A DNA stretch of 64,000 bases from Phoronis australis (GCA_002633005.1 NMRA01000626.1:95358-159357), one strand, 5' to 3'; positions 25,442-39,042 are shown, numbered from the stretch's first letter. A program made the numbers and translations. Notes: generated by a model not told the origin, from the sequence alone.

Positions 25442-25649
25442 TGGAATACTGTTGCGTAGGTCATACCCGGCATCCACTGGGAGAAAAGAAATTAACCAAA
25501 CTATAGCGAAGGTGTATATGTGTAGGAAGTTTGTCCAAAAGTCTTATGTTCTTGAATGTAACTTAAGAGGAAAATCCTGAGAGTGCAACCTACACAGTTG
25601 AAACTGATAACCTTCAAGATGTGCATATATTTCATAGAAGACTACATAC

Positions 25650-25881
25650 TCGGTGTATTTTTCAATGACGTTATATGTAGCGGTGAGGGGACAATTGTTA
25701 GGATTTTTCAGCTTGCTTCGAAACAGTTCAATTGACCAATCGTAGACTTGGTTTGTCAGAGAATCATCGATGGAGAAGTATACCAACATCGGCGCAGCAT
25801 CTTTAGAAATCCCTCCGGGAATCGTCTGGGCAATGGCAGGTGGTGGGATGGTCGACGGTGTTTCCGTTATTCTTCTCGCAT
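25650..25881 (-). CDS. Chitin deacetylase-like gene B, exon 2 of 3
   Basis: Translates as ..IPPPAIAQTIPGGISKDAAPMLVYFSIDDSLT..NPNNCPLTATYNVIEKYT. Acceptor ctcag and donor gtatgt, phases 1 and 2. Confidence 0.92.
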
Positions 25882-26484
25882 CTGAGTCAGCCAAAACATT
25901 TAATAAGATTACGTTTGCAATCAAAACGATTAAAGCTGTATTTTGTCATAGTTTAGTTGGCTAAAATGAAGCTAATTATGGTTTTTCTCTCGTCACTCCT
26001 TACCGTTACAGGAGTCTCTTTCCGTTGCTATCTCACATCAATGGAAATGTTTACATGTGCCATTTTGAAATTCACAATTTTGAGAATGGCCAACCTAATT
26101 AACTGAAGCGGAATATTATGAGATAATAGTCGGAAAGGTAAGCGAAGTTTCGGCGAAGCTTCCGCAAACCCAAGTTCCCTTAATGGGAAATCGGCAACGC
26201 TACACGTCATTGTTAAAGAATTGTTATCTCTCCTAACTCTACTACAATAGCGACCACAAAGTAGCCTGTTGAGAACTTGCAGGGTTGTCCAAAATACATT
26301 TCAATTGCACATGAGTTCACGTTCCATACGCCGGCACCGCGCCAGCTAGTTGACACCAACACCTCAATTTTACGCCGGTTTGATATCAATGTTTTAAATC
26401 GTCTTCAACGTGGCGCAGATCCGAAACGCAACGGGAATAAAACGGGATTCAGAAGAATACGAAAATCTGATTCTCACATCTTAC

Positions 26485-26758
26485 CTACTCCAACCAATTT
26501 TGGGTAACTGCAGTCCACAAGTCCAGGAGAACTTTCATAACAGACTGTCATCACGGGACAAGACATGGCAAAAACGATGGGTTTTGACGAGGTGCTAGCA
26601 CAGTGTACGTAGTAGTATTCGTTGCTTTGTTGTGCCGACGACTCCCAGTGACAATAGTAGCCGGATGTAGTTATTGCGCAGTCGAATTCTCCTTGAGTAT
26701 AGGTTGCACGTGCAGTTACCGCCGCCATTACAATCAAAACTACAATGGCTCTGTCCAT
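26485..26758 (-). CDS. Chitin deacetylase-like gene B, exon 1 of 3 (signal peptide plus 6-Cys module)
   Basis: MDRAIVVLIVMAAVTARA is a signal peptide, followed by the same six-Cys spacing as gene A. Donor G/gtaaga, phase 1. Confidence 0.88.
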
Positions 26759-28314
26759 GTCACAGTTGTCGCTGGAATGATATAAGCAAATGTTAAATCA
26801 AGAATTTGTTTAAGGCTGAAATAAATCTTATGCAAAATCAACGGTAGGTCAGCTGGTCAGTTGTACTCGACTAATTGTCTGGTGTGGTAGGTAATTAAGG
26901 GTCTAAAAAATCTGGCCTGGCTATTTGCTCCATCATTCCATTACTGAATAATAGCTCGTAACTGAAAAGACGAATATTCAGATAATGAAAATGAACCCTT
27001 GTCTCACGAACGCTCCAAGTTGATGCACCGTATCTCATTTAGTCTGATTGAGTACAGTGGCGTAGCCAGCGTTTCTGGAGCCGGCGGCAAGAATTGACTA
27101 TTCCAACTTGGTATGTATTACGCGACCGAAGATTTCTGATCAGCCTCTATGCCCACTGAAACTACAACGAATTGCCACTAAACAGACACGAGTGGTTTGA
27201 TATGTTGTCCACGAAATGTCCAAAAATCTGTCTTGTGTAGTTTTCTCCAAGAGAACTTCCCAAAGATGATGTTCTATTTGATGAAAAAATTCTCGCCCCT
27301 TGTCACACAGCCATGATTGAAAAAACCCGCTGAACTGATGTTGCAAGGCATACCAATTTGTTGCGAGTTGCGTAAAATCCCATTTCAAAGCAAAACTCAA
27401 CTTGCCCGCTTAAAGTTACATTCGTCTGCACATGGATAGTATACCCAAAGTACAAAAATTGAGTATAAAGTCTTTGTAATTTTTCTCACCGCGTAATACG
27501 TAAAGCTAAAAAGGCAAAAAGGCAAATATTACCTGTTGCTTTAACAACTCTAAAGGTTTTCTCGCGTTTAATGGTTTTGTCAAAACGTCATAATATACTG
27601 AGACGCAGGCACCTGTGACCGTGTGACGTCTGCTTAAGAGAAGAAACAATAAAGCGACAGAGAAAATTACTTCATAACAGTTTTATCTAATCCAGGGTTT
27701 TCTCTTTTAAAAATTTTACTTGCTGAAAAAGTTTGCGAATTTCAAAAGCTGTAACCGACATAATGGTTTCTTTTTCCTAAAATTTCCGAAAGAGCGCTCT
27801 GTGAGGGGAACGATCTTTCCGAAATCGCCAATAATTTTACTCGTCTGTCTTTCGTTAAGAAATTAACGTAGCAAGCGCGGGACTAGGGTCGAGAGCCCCG
27901 CAAGTGAAGTGGAGGAGACGACAATGTCTTTTCACTACACCCATGTGGGCGGTGGGGGGGAGCAAGAGCAGCCCTTCCCCCCTTGGTTTGTGACTGATAA
28001 GGTATATGTAGGTCTAAATTTTCCGAATTAGGCTGCTGTGAGATACAAAAATTCTGATTACACGTAATTTATGTTACAATCTTTGGCATACGGTCATGTA
28101 GGTTGTACAAGGAGCAATTGAGTACCGTCTAATTGTATAATTTCAAGGCGCCTTTTGACCAAGTGCTCAGCTCGTTTTAGCAATGTTAAGTTATTGTCTT
28201 TACTTTTTGTAAGAGAGATGAAATAAATAGACGATTCTAAACAGTGAGAGTATTTACGATAACAAAAGAATGACATGATTAAGACAAGAAGGGTATAAAA
28301 AGGTTATAGGTAAA

Positions 28315-28935
28315 TTACAGCCACTTTTTAATAGTACGTTTTAAAATATCAATTGAATTGGACCGTTTAACTTCTGGGCTAAAAGCATTCCATATTGTAG
28401 CAGCAGCATAGATAAAAGATCTCTTGCCGGTCTCGGTTTTATTTTTTTTAAAAGAAACATTCCCAGCAACAGAAGAACATGTAGAATATGCAGCTTGACT
28501 GCTATTGGATTTTCGGTTGAGATATGCTGGAGCCAAGCCATCTGTACATACAACAGGCAGAGAGATATTTATTTCTTTGTTTTACTTTCATAAATCCCAC
28601 CTTGGTATACAAGTCAACGACCTTGGAACTCAGGATAGCCCTGGCGGCTCTATTTTAGAGTACTTGTACTTTGCTGACAAGTGTGTCACTAGTATGCCCC
28701 CAAACAGGTAAACAATAATCAATATGAGGCTGAATAATAGAATGGTAAAGTTTCTTAAGAGTACTGACATTAAGAAATTTGCCTAGACGTTTAAGTACAC
28801 CGATTTTCTTTGATAATTACTTTGTGATGTGATCTATGTGCATATCAAATTTAAGATTAGGATCTAAAATAAGGCCCAAGTACTTAAACTTGTCAACATT
28901 CTCGATGGGAGAACCGTTGATAGAAAGGGACCAGT
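28315..28935 (-). mobile_element. 5'-truncated LINE (L2/CR1 group), reverse transcriptase C-terminus remnant
   Basis: The minus strand gives FSINGSPIENVDKFKYLGLILDPNLKFDMHIDHI, IIQPHIDYCLPVWG and KTETGKRSFIYAAATIWNAF..KKWL. Confidence 0.85.
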
Positions 28936-30665
28936 TTCCCTACTAAAAAGGTGAAAATTCATTACGGATTGGTTTTATGATTTTGAAATCCTGGGAAAGG
29001 TTCTTTTTTTAAACTTCACGTATCTGTCGAAAGGCTTTTAGCTTTTATATATTAGTGCTATAGAACATTGGTATTTTGCCCTGCTTTTTGTTTGAAACTC
29101 GAACGCTAAACAGGCGTGTAGGTTTGTGACCGCCGCACGTTCAGCCAAATCCATGAATAGCGAGTAGCTCCCTTGAATATGTGATGGCGCCATCAAGTCT
29201 TTGGTGTGCTGCGAACTTCGCTGGATACTCTGAGGTAAACGGTGTACGCTTTCTCGCCCACTTGCGTGCAAATCGTGTTAGCGTAAGATTTGTCTAAGCC
29301 AAACTTACTCTATACTGAGCGGGTGGGTTTTCTAATCTTCCAGCTGCCCTCTCTTGTAAAATATACAGTAGTCGTGTACCACCACTCCTCTCCCCCCTCC
29401 CATACGGTAGTCAATATCATTAGTTGCAGTCCATGCATGCTTGGCAAGTTCACGTTCGCCCGGAAGTTCAGTGAAAATATGATATCAACAGATAATGCCT
29501 GGTTGCATTTTTATCCAGAGAGTGCACTTTGCACCTTGTCTGTACCCTGTTCAAACTTTATTATACCAATTCTCAGAAAACGGCTCCGGAAACTGAAACC
29601 ACTCCGTCGGTGTTTCTGTTTCACTTTCAGAAGTAGGCTTCTTGATGCAACACCATAGACACGTTGTTTCATTTTAACAACACTCTTGTTTAATTGGTCA
29701 TTAAAAATCCAAAATGATACATTTTCCCCACTATTTCACGATAAAAAAATGCGCACATAACCGAATAATTTTTAAAAATTTAGCCAATTATACGACGTAA
29801 TAGAAGTCACATGACTATCGCGCGTGACGACATCCATGTATCTATACGAGTTGTCCATTCATACGAACAATAGCTTACTTGCCATTTTAATGTTGGCTTA
29901 CATCTCATTTACTTTATGTCTAAAGCTAAGCTCTATATAGATATGCAATATTACCTGCACATTGTGTAGTGCGTTAATTCTAGACAAGTACAAACATGAC
30001 AACTAAGTCTATGGCAAAGTTTATATGGTGAAATACGAGTGCAATCTTCGCGATGGGCATCCTAAGAAGAGCTTTTCGTTGGGTCTACAGGTCGATCTTG
30101 ACATTGTTTTTTCGATCTTGTAGAGATGTCTTACTTACGTAGGTCTCATTGTACAATATATTCTAGCATTCGCGTAGTGCAGTATAAGGAGATCCATGGC
30201 AATAATATTAAATGATATATAATTTAATACAATATGTAACAATACAATGTAGTAAAATACAAAAGATTATATGTGCATGATCAGTTTATGAAACTAAAGG
30301 ATATCACGTTCTGTAACAGCAATTCCCTCTGCTTACCTGTCTCCGGAAGCAATTCACAGTTGCGAGTCGCAAAATGCCTGTACACTAGACACGCTTGGTT
30401 TAAAATGCTAGGCAATAGTTCTTAATTTACATCGACTACTTACTTGGCAATCACATACAAATGGCAAATACATGCATGTTCACATAGATACACACTTTTA
30501 TATATCCTTGTCTGTCCTAAATAAAAGTTCTCATTGGTCAGTTGAAATAAACCTATGTTGATGTTGAGGTCGAGCAAGGTCAAGCACACCGTTCCCACTC
30601 TGGTAAATTCGGTGTGACGTCATTGTAGCGTGATCACTCAGACAAGCGCTTTCCTGTTTATATGT

Positions 30666-30726
<61 letters not shown>
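30666..30726. repeat. (CA)n microsatellite
   Basis: About 30 CA units. It abuts a partial minus-strand CATG MITE at 30728-30892. Confidence 0.95.
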
Positions 30727-30727
<1 letters not shown>

Positions 30728-33700
30728 CGGGGCCTACGTATTGTGCGTCCGCACCGAATTCCTGTGGACTTTTTGGACTTTTGTCTCGTTTGCTCGGACT
30801 TTTTGTTTGATTGAGGCGGACCTTTTTGCCCAATTCGCCGAACTGCGGGGCTCCTTAGAGCTCCCGCCCCCTCCCCCCTGGGTGCGCCCATGGTAAAGTT
30901 TGTGACCTGAACATATAGAGACATTGTTCAGACGTTATAGCTTACACGGAGCCATGTTGCTGTGTCGGTGCAGCTTGGTCCGAAAATAAGGTCGCGTAGC
31001 ATAGGCGAGTTGTGGTATTTTGTTTTAAAAGTGGATTTTATGAGAAATACTGACAACTAGAAATTAGTAATAACAAAAATACGCGGAACACTAGTAGCAG
31101 GATACTAAATCTGCGTGATGCACCAAGTGAATAGAATTATCCACGAAACGCTAGTAGGCTACTAATACAAGAAACTGGAAATTTTGCGTTGTAAATGCTT
31201 TTAAACACAACTTGAAAAATTCAAGCCGTTAATTAGTATAACTAGTGAGTTGACAGCATTATGCACGATACATTGCAATTGACAGCATTATACACTATGC
31301 ATTACATGTAGAAGAACTGGCGTTGGAGGAGGTGTAACTTAAACCTAGTTTTTAATTCGCCCTCGCGCGATCCGGTTGTAAAACATTCAAGAGGCCTGGA
31401 ACGCGATAAACAGACGAAATTGCAATTTTGAAAGTGGTTTTCTGCCATTGCAACAGAATTCAACCTGCTCACCAGTTATGCTCAGGGTTTGTTCGCAAAG
31501 ATCTTTAATGTCTATTGTTATCAAAGCATTTTCTTTTAGTTTCAAATTTCAAAAAACGATTTGTCAACTGTTCGACACTTCGTCGATTTTTCTCCCACTA
31601 GGCAAAGCACGTCTCCTTATTTGGTATGGCAAGACATAGACGTAGCACATTTTCCTTAATTATACTGAAAGTATGACCTTTGACCTCAAGCAACTCCAAG
31701 CAACTGACTATGAGCGAATGCGCGCATTTATCACAAATGGGGGAGGGGAGATTAGAAACTCTGTGGTACCACAGAGTTTTTTCTTCGCGCGTATTTAAAA
31801 TTCGTGAATTTTGTGTTTTTTTCTGGAAATTCCCTAACAGTGGAAAGTGACCTCTCTGTTCTAGACGTTGCGAGATGGTATTTTCATCGGGAGTTGCTTA
31901 AAAGATATTTTTGACGAGCTTTCATGTTGCATGCCTCTTTAAAGCGCAAGATTCAAGACATTTTATTCATTGCATGTACATTACGAAAATACATCAGTCT
32001 CAATATTTATAGATCTGACGAGTTCTTATTATTGACGCTTAGATATTTTGTGGGACGCAATGGTGTACATTTCCCTCGTCCAAACTGTCTCTTGATTTAA
32101 ATCACAGACGTTCAACATACAGGGAATGATTTTTCAATGTCCAGAAGGTGTTAGTACTTGAACAAATACCACCATATTTATGAGTGCTAAGTAATAAAAT
32201 CAAAAGCTCACACAATATTAAGTTAAGAGTTTGCATATGGCTGTGTTGACAGAAAATGTTCAAAACGAGTTGATCGCTTTTTGAAATACAAGAGTAGGGC
32301 CTAACCATATTGGCGACATGGTGTACAAGCGAAATGCACGAACTTCATTGGTCGAGATCATCGACATGAATTTCAAGCGTGAAAACGCAATGATTCGGCG
32401 TGCGTTCCGTAGAAAGCGAGAATCTCGTGAAAGCTCATGGAGACGCAAGACTTTGCGAGATGTCGCCATGTATCTCAAGAGAAGCACGGGACATTAGATC
32501 CCTTGGATAGATTCTTGAGTCTATGAAATTATATATTGATTAGTTTTTGTTTGCCAGTACCTTAGGTTTCTGAACAGGACCAAATCGTCAGCATATAGTA
32601 TGAGCAAAAGCAAAATATGTCCCAGCTGTCCCATGCAGCTTTCACTCGTATGCGTTTCAGTTGGGTAGGTTCCCCGTTCCTAAATTCGAATATGGTTCCG
32701 ACTTCACGTACACGGCATATGGGCATACATTCACAGTATATGGCTGCACGAATCAATTTTCTATGCAATGCCGAAAAGCCCAAGTTCCAAAGTATATCAC
32801 TATTTAGATACTTTTAATTTTGTCGATAATACTAAAATCTTTGTGGGGTCAGTAGTTAACGATGCGCTTAATTATCCTGCTCGGGGTCAGAATGACCATG
32901 AAGCACCAGCTGGCTAAACATGATGGTCTTTTAAATATTGACGTTGAGACTGCTATAGGTGTTGGGTTTTAAGTACAGAGGACAACCTCTTGCGATTCAA
33001 TAACAAGGTCGTAACACATGCTTTCCTTTCCTGGGCCACAATCGAAAAATATGCAGTTCAGACGGTCAGCAATGGGTTTCTCTTTTTTAAGGTTACGAGT
33101 AACTGGAAAACGTAAAATTTGGAATACTTTGAAAAGTATTTTAACAATATCGAATTGCAAGCATACTAAAATTTCATTTTTATGACTGACGTACTGTACT
33201 GTACATCAAATTCTGTTAGGACTTGTTTTTAAAGTGTTTGATTTTGCAGAAAGTGTCATTGACATTTATGATTTTGGTGAAAAAAATCTCGTTTTAGCTT
33301 GGCGTCGTTTTCTTAAAAGTAAATTTTCTTCAATAAATTTAATACTCTCCGCTATAGTCTCGGTATTGTTCTGTATGAAACATCACAACACATCCTCAAG
33401 TTTTCGGAGGTTGTACAAATCTCAGGCTATAGACTTTTAATTACTTTTAGTAATCCAAACTAAGGATAGTTTTAACTAGCACTTCACACGTTGGTCCTCA
33501 ACGTGTGAACTGCTGATGTGCGGGTGGCCATCAGAACTTGAAGTTATTAGGTTTGACAATTGAAGGCGGACAGTTTAGAGTGCTTAAAATCACCAATTTC
33601 ATGTCAAAATCTCCAAAAACAACCCACAGGCGAATCAGCTGTCCACTTAGAGCACCCGCAAACAGTATCTGACGATATGTTAATTAGCTGATCTCGAGTT

Positions 33701-34143
33701 ACCATCATTTATTGGTCGATGTATTTTACGTAAAATTGGGACAACCAATTATAGTACTACAACCATTCTCCGTTGTGTTTAGGGCGAAAGTCGTCAGATT
33801 TTGCTGCTCTGCATTTTCCCGTGTTTTATGTCAGATGGTGAGGTGCTGCATTTTGTAATGGTTGTGACGCTGAGGCTCGTTTCACATCGGAAAACCTCGG
33901 ATATGGCACAAGTTTGTACAAGAAACTCGCATGTTGATGGACATGACACACTGGCGCCATGTACGATCATACGTCACACTTACGTCCGTGGAGCAAAGCA
34001 ACTTTAAACTGAAACTACTTTTCTTCTGTTCTACGGTTTTTGGAATACTGAATTCGCGGTTGTGGAATGCGGTGCTATACAGGGGGTGTTAATAATGTTG
34101 GCAATGTAGTCACTTGTCAAAACAGGGTAAATGGTGTTTTTAA

Positions 34144-35819
34144 AGGAGAATACCACCCAAAAAACGCCCTATTTTCTATCGATTTACTAGATCGCGGAGT
34201 TCCACTCGATCGCGTTCGGTTGCGTTACCTGACACCTGACGGCAGACGGAGGTGTTGAAATTATCCAATGACGTCATTGGTTTCGCACGCAGTCTGTTCA
34301 GCAATTGACATCACGGGTTAATGGTGTCAGCTTATCGCTTGAATTCATTGTTTAACTTTGATGTAAAACCCTTAAAAATACGCAGAGTTCTTATAAAAAC
34401 GTGTTGTTTTATTTCGCTGTTACATATTTATTGGTATTTGGACACACCGTGGCCCATCGCCAGGCCAATTTACCAAGGTCCGCACCAGGAGTTTGGGATC
34501 TGTTCGGAGATAAATTCGAAGTATTCTTCCGTGAATTACAGACAGGAGAGCTTACATCTGTGTTGTTTAGGCTTGTGATTTTCTTAGTTCTAAACACACA
34601 AAAGGCTTGTTATCCCGGCCAGTGATTTGGAACCCGATCAGGCCCGTCGCGGCCGGACTGACTCGTTATCCCGGCCACTAAGTGGCTCGGAACCCGATCA
34701 GTCCGTCCGGGACTGGCACGAACATAAACCAGATTGAGTTGGAAAGTAAACCTCCAGTCACGAAAGCCAAAAGAAATAATGTGCACATAAATATTTATGT
34801 GAATCAGCTACGAAACTGAAAATCTACATACTTGTGGGGGCCGCTACGAAGTCGGATTCCCCTTCCACGGCCGTCAGTGCAAAGGTTGCGTAGTAACAAT
34901 GATTTGAATAATGTATTTGTATTTCTAAATAAAGATTCCCCTAACGTGTGACCATAGCATGTAAAATCGAGTAATTGTTTCACAACAGCTTTCTTTAAGC
35001 AAACACTGAATTTGCATGCGCTCACACGGCCTCGGCGCCCGGTCAATTACCTTTATTGCCAGCATCAAAAGCCGGTAGCGCAGTGGTTTATTCATTACTG
35101 GCTTCTCAACGTACATTTGCACTCACCGCAAGGCATTACAAATTGTATCTAATGAGACAGACTTTGATTCAGTTTTATATAAGCATTGGTTAGGTTAAGA
35201 ATAATTTATTTTGAAACAGAACGCAGAATAATAAAAGTCCACATGACAACTCGCCCGGTGCCAATCCCGACTTAGTCAAGAGCTCATCTGACGAAGACTT
35301 CACCGGGTCGGATCGTTAGGTTTCACAGGCTATCAGTTTGAACCGGAATACACTGGTCAAGAAATACTAGAGAGGCGCCGTGAACATGCACAGGCAACGG
35401 AAAGTATGGATAGTTCTTTGGTAAGCCGGAATTCGTCAGAGAAATCACTGTCGACGAAATGCCGGCCACAGACACGGAGGTGTTTCACGTACTGCCACAT
35501 ACTTGCTATTAACAGCGTACGTTTCATTCTTCAGTACTGCGATACAGTTCCTAAGCATTTTGGGCTCCCGAGGAAGTCGAAAACAAGATATACCCGCCTT
35601 GTTCGCAGCTTCAAAGTTCGGACAAGCGGGAACGATGCACCACAATATAGCGACATTCACTCGCAGCCGAACCACTGACGTTGCTGCGTCGTTTCTCACC
35701 TTCCGCACAGGTAAACGCCACACCTCTCGGCAAGGTGAGGTCGACCGTATAAGAGGCGATGTGGATATAGACCGATTAAAACTGCAAAAAAGACTAACTA
35801 AATCGGGTGGCAATCTCTT
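34144..35819 (-). mobile_element. Non-autonomous Kolobok-type DNA transposon, copy 2 (both ends present)
   Basis: TTAA on both flanks (34140-34143 and 35820-35823). TIRs AGGAGAATACCACCC and AAGAGATTGCCACCC match at 12 of 15 positions. THAP remnant WCIVPACPNFEAANKAGISCFRLPREPKMLR lies in ORF 35445-35813 (-), and the GYQFEPEY remnant is on the + strand near 35330. Confidence 0.85.
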
Positions 35820-36518
35820 TTAAGCACTTTAAAGTCAGTGATTTGGTTTCTAAACGCAGTAGGGCTACATTACGCGGCAACTACTCAGTGGTTTACACGG
35901 AGCCGGATAAACCAAACACATAAATCCCAGCACAGATGGGATCTGTATTTTTATGCACAATATGTTTGACCCAGGCGACAACGATGTTGTTTAATTGATC
36001 ACTAACATTAGTTTTGATCCGCTGCTCTGTGTTGATGTCCTTGTGCGCGCGATATTATTCATGACAAAACAAGACGTAATTGCCCCCGTTGGTAGAGACA
36101 TAGAGCTCTAGCCCTGGAATGCCAACTCCTGCTTATGAATTCTATTATAAGAGCTTGCGACCCCGAGACTATCCGCGAGAGTTTGCACTGCGAATTTCCG
36201 GCTGTCTGCTCGACTGAGTATTGATGGGGTGTTGTAGTTATCAAGTCAAGCCTAACTTCACTGATTTATTTTCATTTTTATTCATCACCTGGGACTTTCA
36301 GGTACAGTTCCAGCCAACAAAGCCGACAATTACAGTGATTACTCTTTATGCGCACTGACCTGTGTCCCTGACTGAATGCAAAGAATATTGTGGTCTCTGA
36401 TATCTTTTCAGCTGGAGTCTTAGAACCACTTTCGACAATCTATCAAACTGCATACCAAGCACAGCAAGACATTTCTAAAATCTATTGGTCTATATATACA
36501 CCAACCTATTTACATTGG

Positions 36519-36560
36519 CACGACGTTTCGGTCAGTCATTTCTCCGGCCATCTTCAGGTG
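36519..36560 (-). ncRNA. Minimal type I hammerhead ribozyme of the Penelope-like retroelement type
   Basis: The minus strand reads CAC-CUGAAGA-U-GGCCGG-agaaauga-CUGACC-GAAAC-GUC-GUG. It has the CUGANGA and GAAA boxes, a GUC cleavage triplet, a 3-bp stem I and a palindromic ACGU stem III. Confidence 0.7.
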
Positions 36561-36763
36561 TTACAGTGTTCTAAGAAAAACGGACTGACGAGGAAGGCAA
36601 GACATTTCTGGTGTTAAAATAAAATCACGTTTCAGTATCTTATTGAAAGAAGTGACATTTGCTTTCTGACAGTTTGTCTAGCAATTATAAATGAAAAAAA
36701 ATAAGCACAGCTAACAGGTGTGTGTGCGTAACTTTTGAAAGATTATTCGCAATTGCGTTGCTA

Positions 36764-36766
<3 letters not shown>

Positions 36767-36809
<43 letters not shown>
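36767..36809. repeat. (GT)n microsatellite
   Basis: About 21 GT units, with an N at 36822. Confidence 0.95.
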
Positions 36810-36817
<8 letters not shown>

Positions 36818-37789
36818 GGTGNGTTTGCGTGAATGCATGAATGGGTGCGCGCGTGTAATTCATCTATATGTTATTGCTAATTGTTTCTCTAACAACTTAT
36901 TTGTACAATATTGCCCAGATGCCGTTTCTGTTAATTCGGTTTCTGAGCAGTACTGTTATGGTATTTAGCTATCTCCGTGAAATAAAATTTAAAGAAATGA
37001 AAACTTTACCGTGTAAAAGAATCCAATCCAGTACTTTGTTTTGCTAACAGCGTACACTGTACTTGCCAATTGCTCTGTTCATGGCGGACTGTCCCACATT
37101 TTGAATTCTTCCCGCCATCCTGCCACACCATCAAAATGTCCCGTTTTCTGGCACACTGCAGATTGACATATTATCATATACACTATTCTAATTTCTCACG
37201 CGGTATAGAAATATTTTCCCGTTCTACTGAAAAGAAAACAAACGGGGCGTTTCACGAGTTTTTACGGCACCCTCAATTTACCATTCGATTGAAGAAAACA
37301 GAAACATCCCGTCGGGCACTTATGGGCGTTACGTCTCTCGTCTGACAAAATAAATGCTATCGGGACGTGTTGTGTGTTGCGGCTAACATTTCACCCTTGC
37401 ATTTTGGCTTAGAACCAGATATCATATATTTTATCCGAAAGTCCCACTTTTCAATCCAGTTCTGTTCCCTTTTTACATTCTCGAAGGTTGTTCGTGACAA
37501 CTACTTAGCAACCTGTGTTCAAGAAAACATTTTTCCCTTTGATATGAATATTGCTATTTTCTATACTCCACTTTCTTTAGTAACATAATTTAATCGTAAA
37601 AACGTGTTCTTAATAAGGTAACATTAATCTTTGTCTTTATAGCCTAGAAATCTGTTGAATCATTGGAGTTATTTCCCTGTTGTTTTAACGAGTCATTTAC
37701 GCAACCTGTTTGTATTATTTCTTGTATTTGTTACTAATACACCTTGTTATTTTTCACATTTTGTTTACTCTCTTGGTTTCTAGAATTAA

Positions 37790-38645
37790 CAAATATATAT
37801 TTTTAGGTTTCAAAAAAGTCTATTTCAAAGTTTTAAAAGTGTTAATGTCTACTCTCCTTGCATGCCTTTAGCAATTACTCACTTACGGAAAGATTTGAAG
37901 GGTTGTAGACATATTTGTTCAGTCTTTAATAACGTTAAGAAACCTAAGTCAGAATGTAAATGGGAAATAGAGCTAGGAGATAGTTTAGATTGGAAGAAAA
38001 TATATGCTTTACCTTAAAAAATTACAAAGGATCCCCATATTAGATGGTTCCAATTTAGAATACTACATAGAATTATTGCAACAAATACCTTTTTAGTCAA
38101 AATATGTGTTAGGGATTCTGATCTATGTTCCTTTTGTAATAAAGCTCCAGAGACGCTGTCACACTTTTTTTGGGAATGTAGCTTTGTACAAGATTTGTGG
38201 AAGGAATTCGGAAAGCTACTTCAAAAGTGTGGCATTCAGCTTCCCAACTGTCTGTCTTACGATAGTGTTATTCTTGGACTTTACAAGACGCATGATTTTC
38301 TATTTAACATTTTGCTTCTACTAGCTAAACAGTACATTTACAAGGAGAGATGTCACAAAAATATACCTAATTTTCTCAAGTTCGTTACAAAAACTTATTA
38401 AATACTATAATGCTGAAAAATTAAATGCACAGTCATAAAAACTTTGTATATGACAGCTTCTCTGCGAAATAGGAAAATTTTATTGTTCATGTTAACTTCA
38501 TGTAGAAGATAATTATTTACTTTAAACGAGATATGAGATTGGTCTTCCTGAGGTGTGTATGCGTGAATGAATGGTGTACTTATTTGTTTGTTTGTTTTTG
38601 TAATTGTTTGTAAATGATAATAAATACATAAAAAAGAAGAAAAAT
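37790..38645 (+). mobile_element. 5'-truncated L1/Tx1-clade LINE 3' end (zf-RVT region)
   Basis: Translates as KWEIELGDSLDWKKIYALP*KITKDPHIRWFQFRILHRIIATNTFL..DLCSFCNKAPETLSHFFWECSFVQDLW..LLLAKQYIYK. AATAAA and an A-rich tail lie near 38620-38645. Confidence 0.88.
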
Positions 38646-38739
38646 TTTTTTTTAAACCTGTCAGGTAAGGATAAATGTCTATAAATTATTTTTTTTGTTT
38701 GCTTTGGTATCATACCCTATCAAGAATTGTTATGGCTCG

Positions 38740-39042
38740 TTATTCTGTTGCAAAACGGCGGAGTTGCAAAAAGTTTTAATCGGACACTAAATTCTATAGC
38801 GAGACTCCCAGCACAGGAACAAACGAATGTAAACAAATTCCACGCACGAGCGGCGCAACCTCAACAGCCCGAAATCCTTAGTGTATGGCTCGAGTTCGAT
38901 GGTCGAGTTCAGTCACAGTGCGTCAGTTGAATGAATTTACCGCTGTGCTTAGGAAAAATATTCATGATCCAGGAGTGTAGCCTACGGGGCCCGCCGCCGT
39001 GACACTGAATTGTTCGGTATACGCAATGTAGAAAATATACAG
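38740..39042 (+). promoter_or_regulatory. Putative CpG-rich promoter and non-coding first exon of the KIAA0232-like gene
   Basis: Locally CpG-rich, with a YY1-like AAAACGGCGG near 38752 and a donor CAG/gtaaac at 39042/39043. Downstream DNA is CpG-poor and T-skewed like an intron. This is inference only. Confidence 0.35.

Noticed and set aside
10121-26758. Recent bacterial horizontal transfer or contamination as the source of the deacetylases
   Set aside because: The genes have conserved GT-AG introns and animal-type CDA motifs (NPNGCP, RSPFL, WEIPL), and they sit among animal transposons.
30531-30924. ORFs with CVCVCV/HTHT runs (also 36771-36968 and 9317-9529)
   Set aside because: They are translations of microsatellite or low-complexity DNA.
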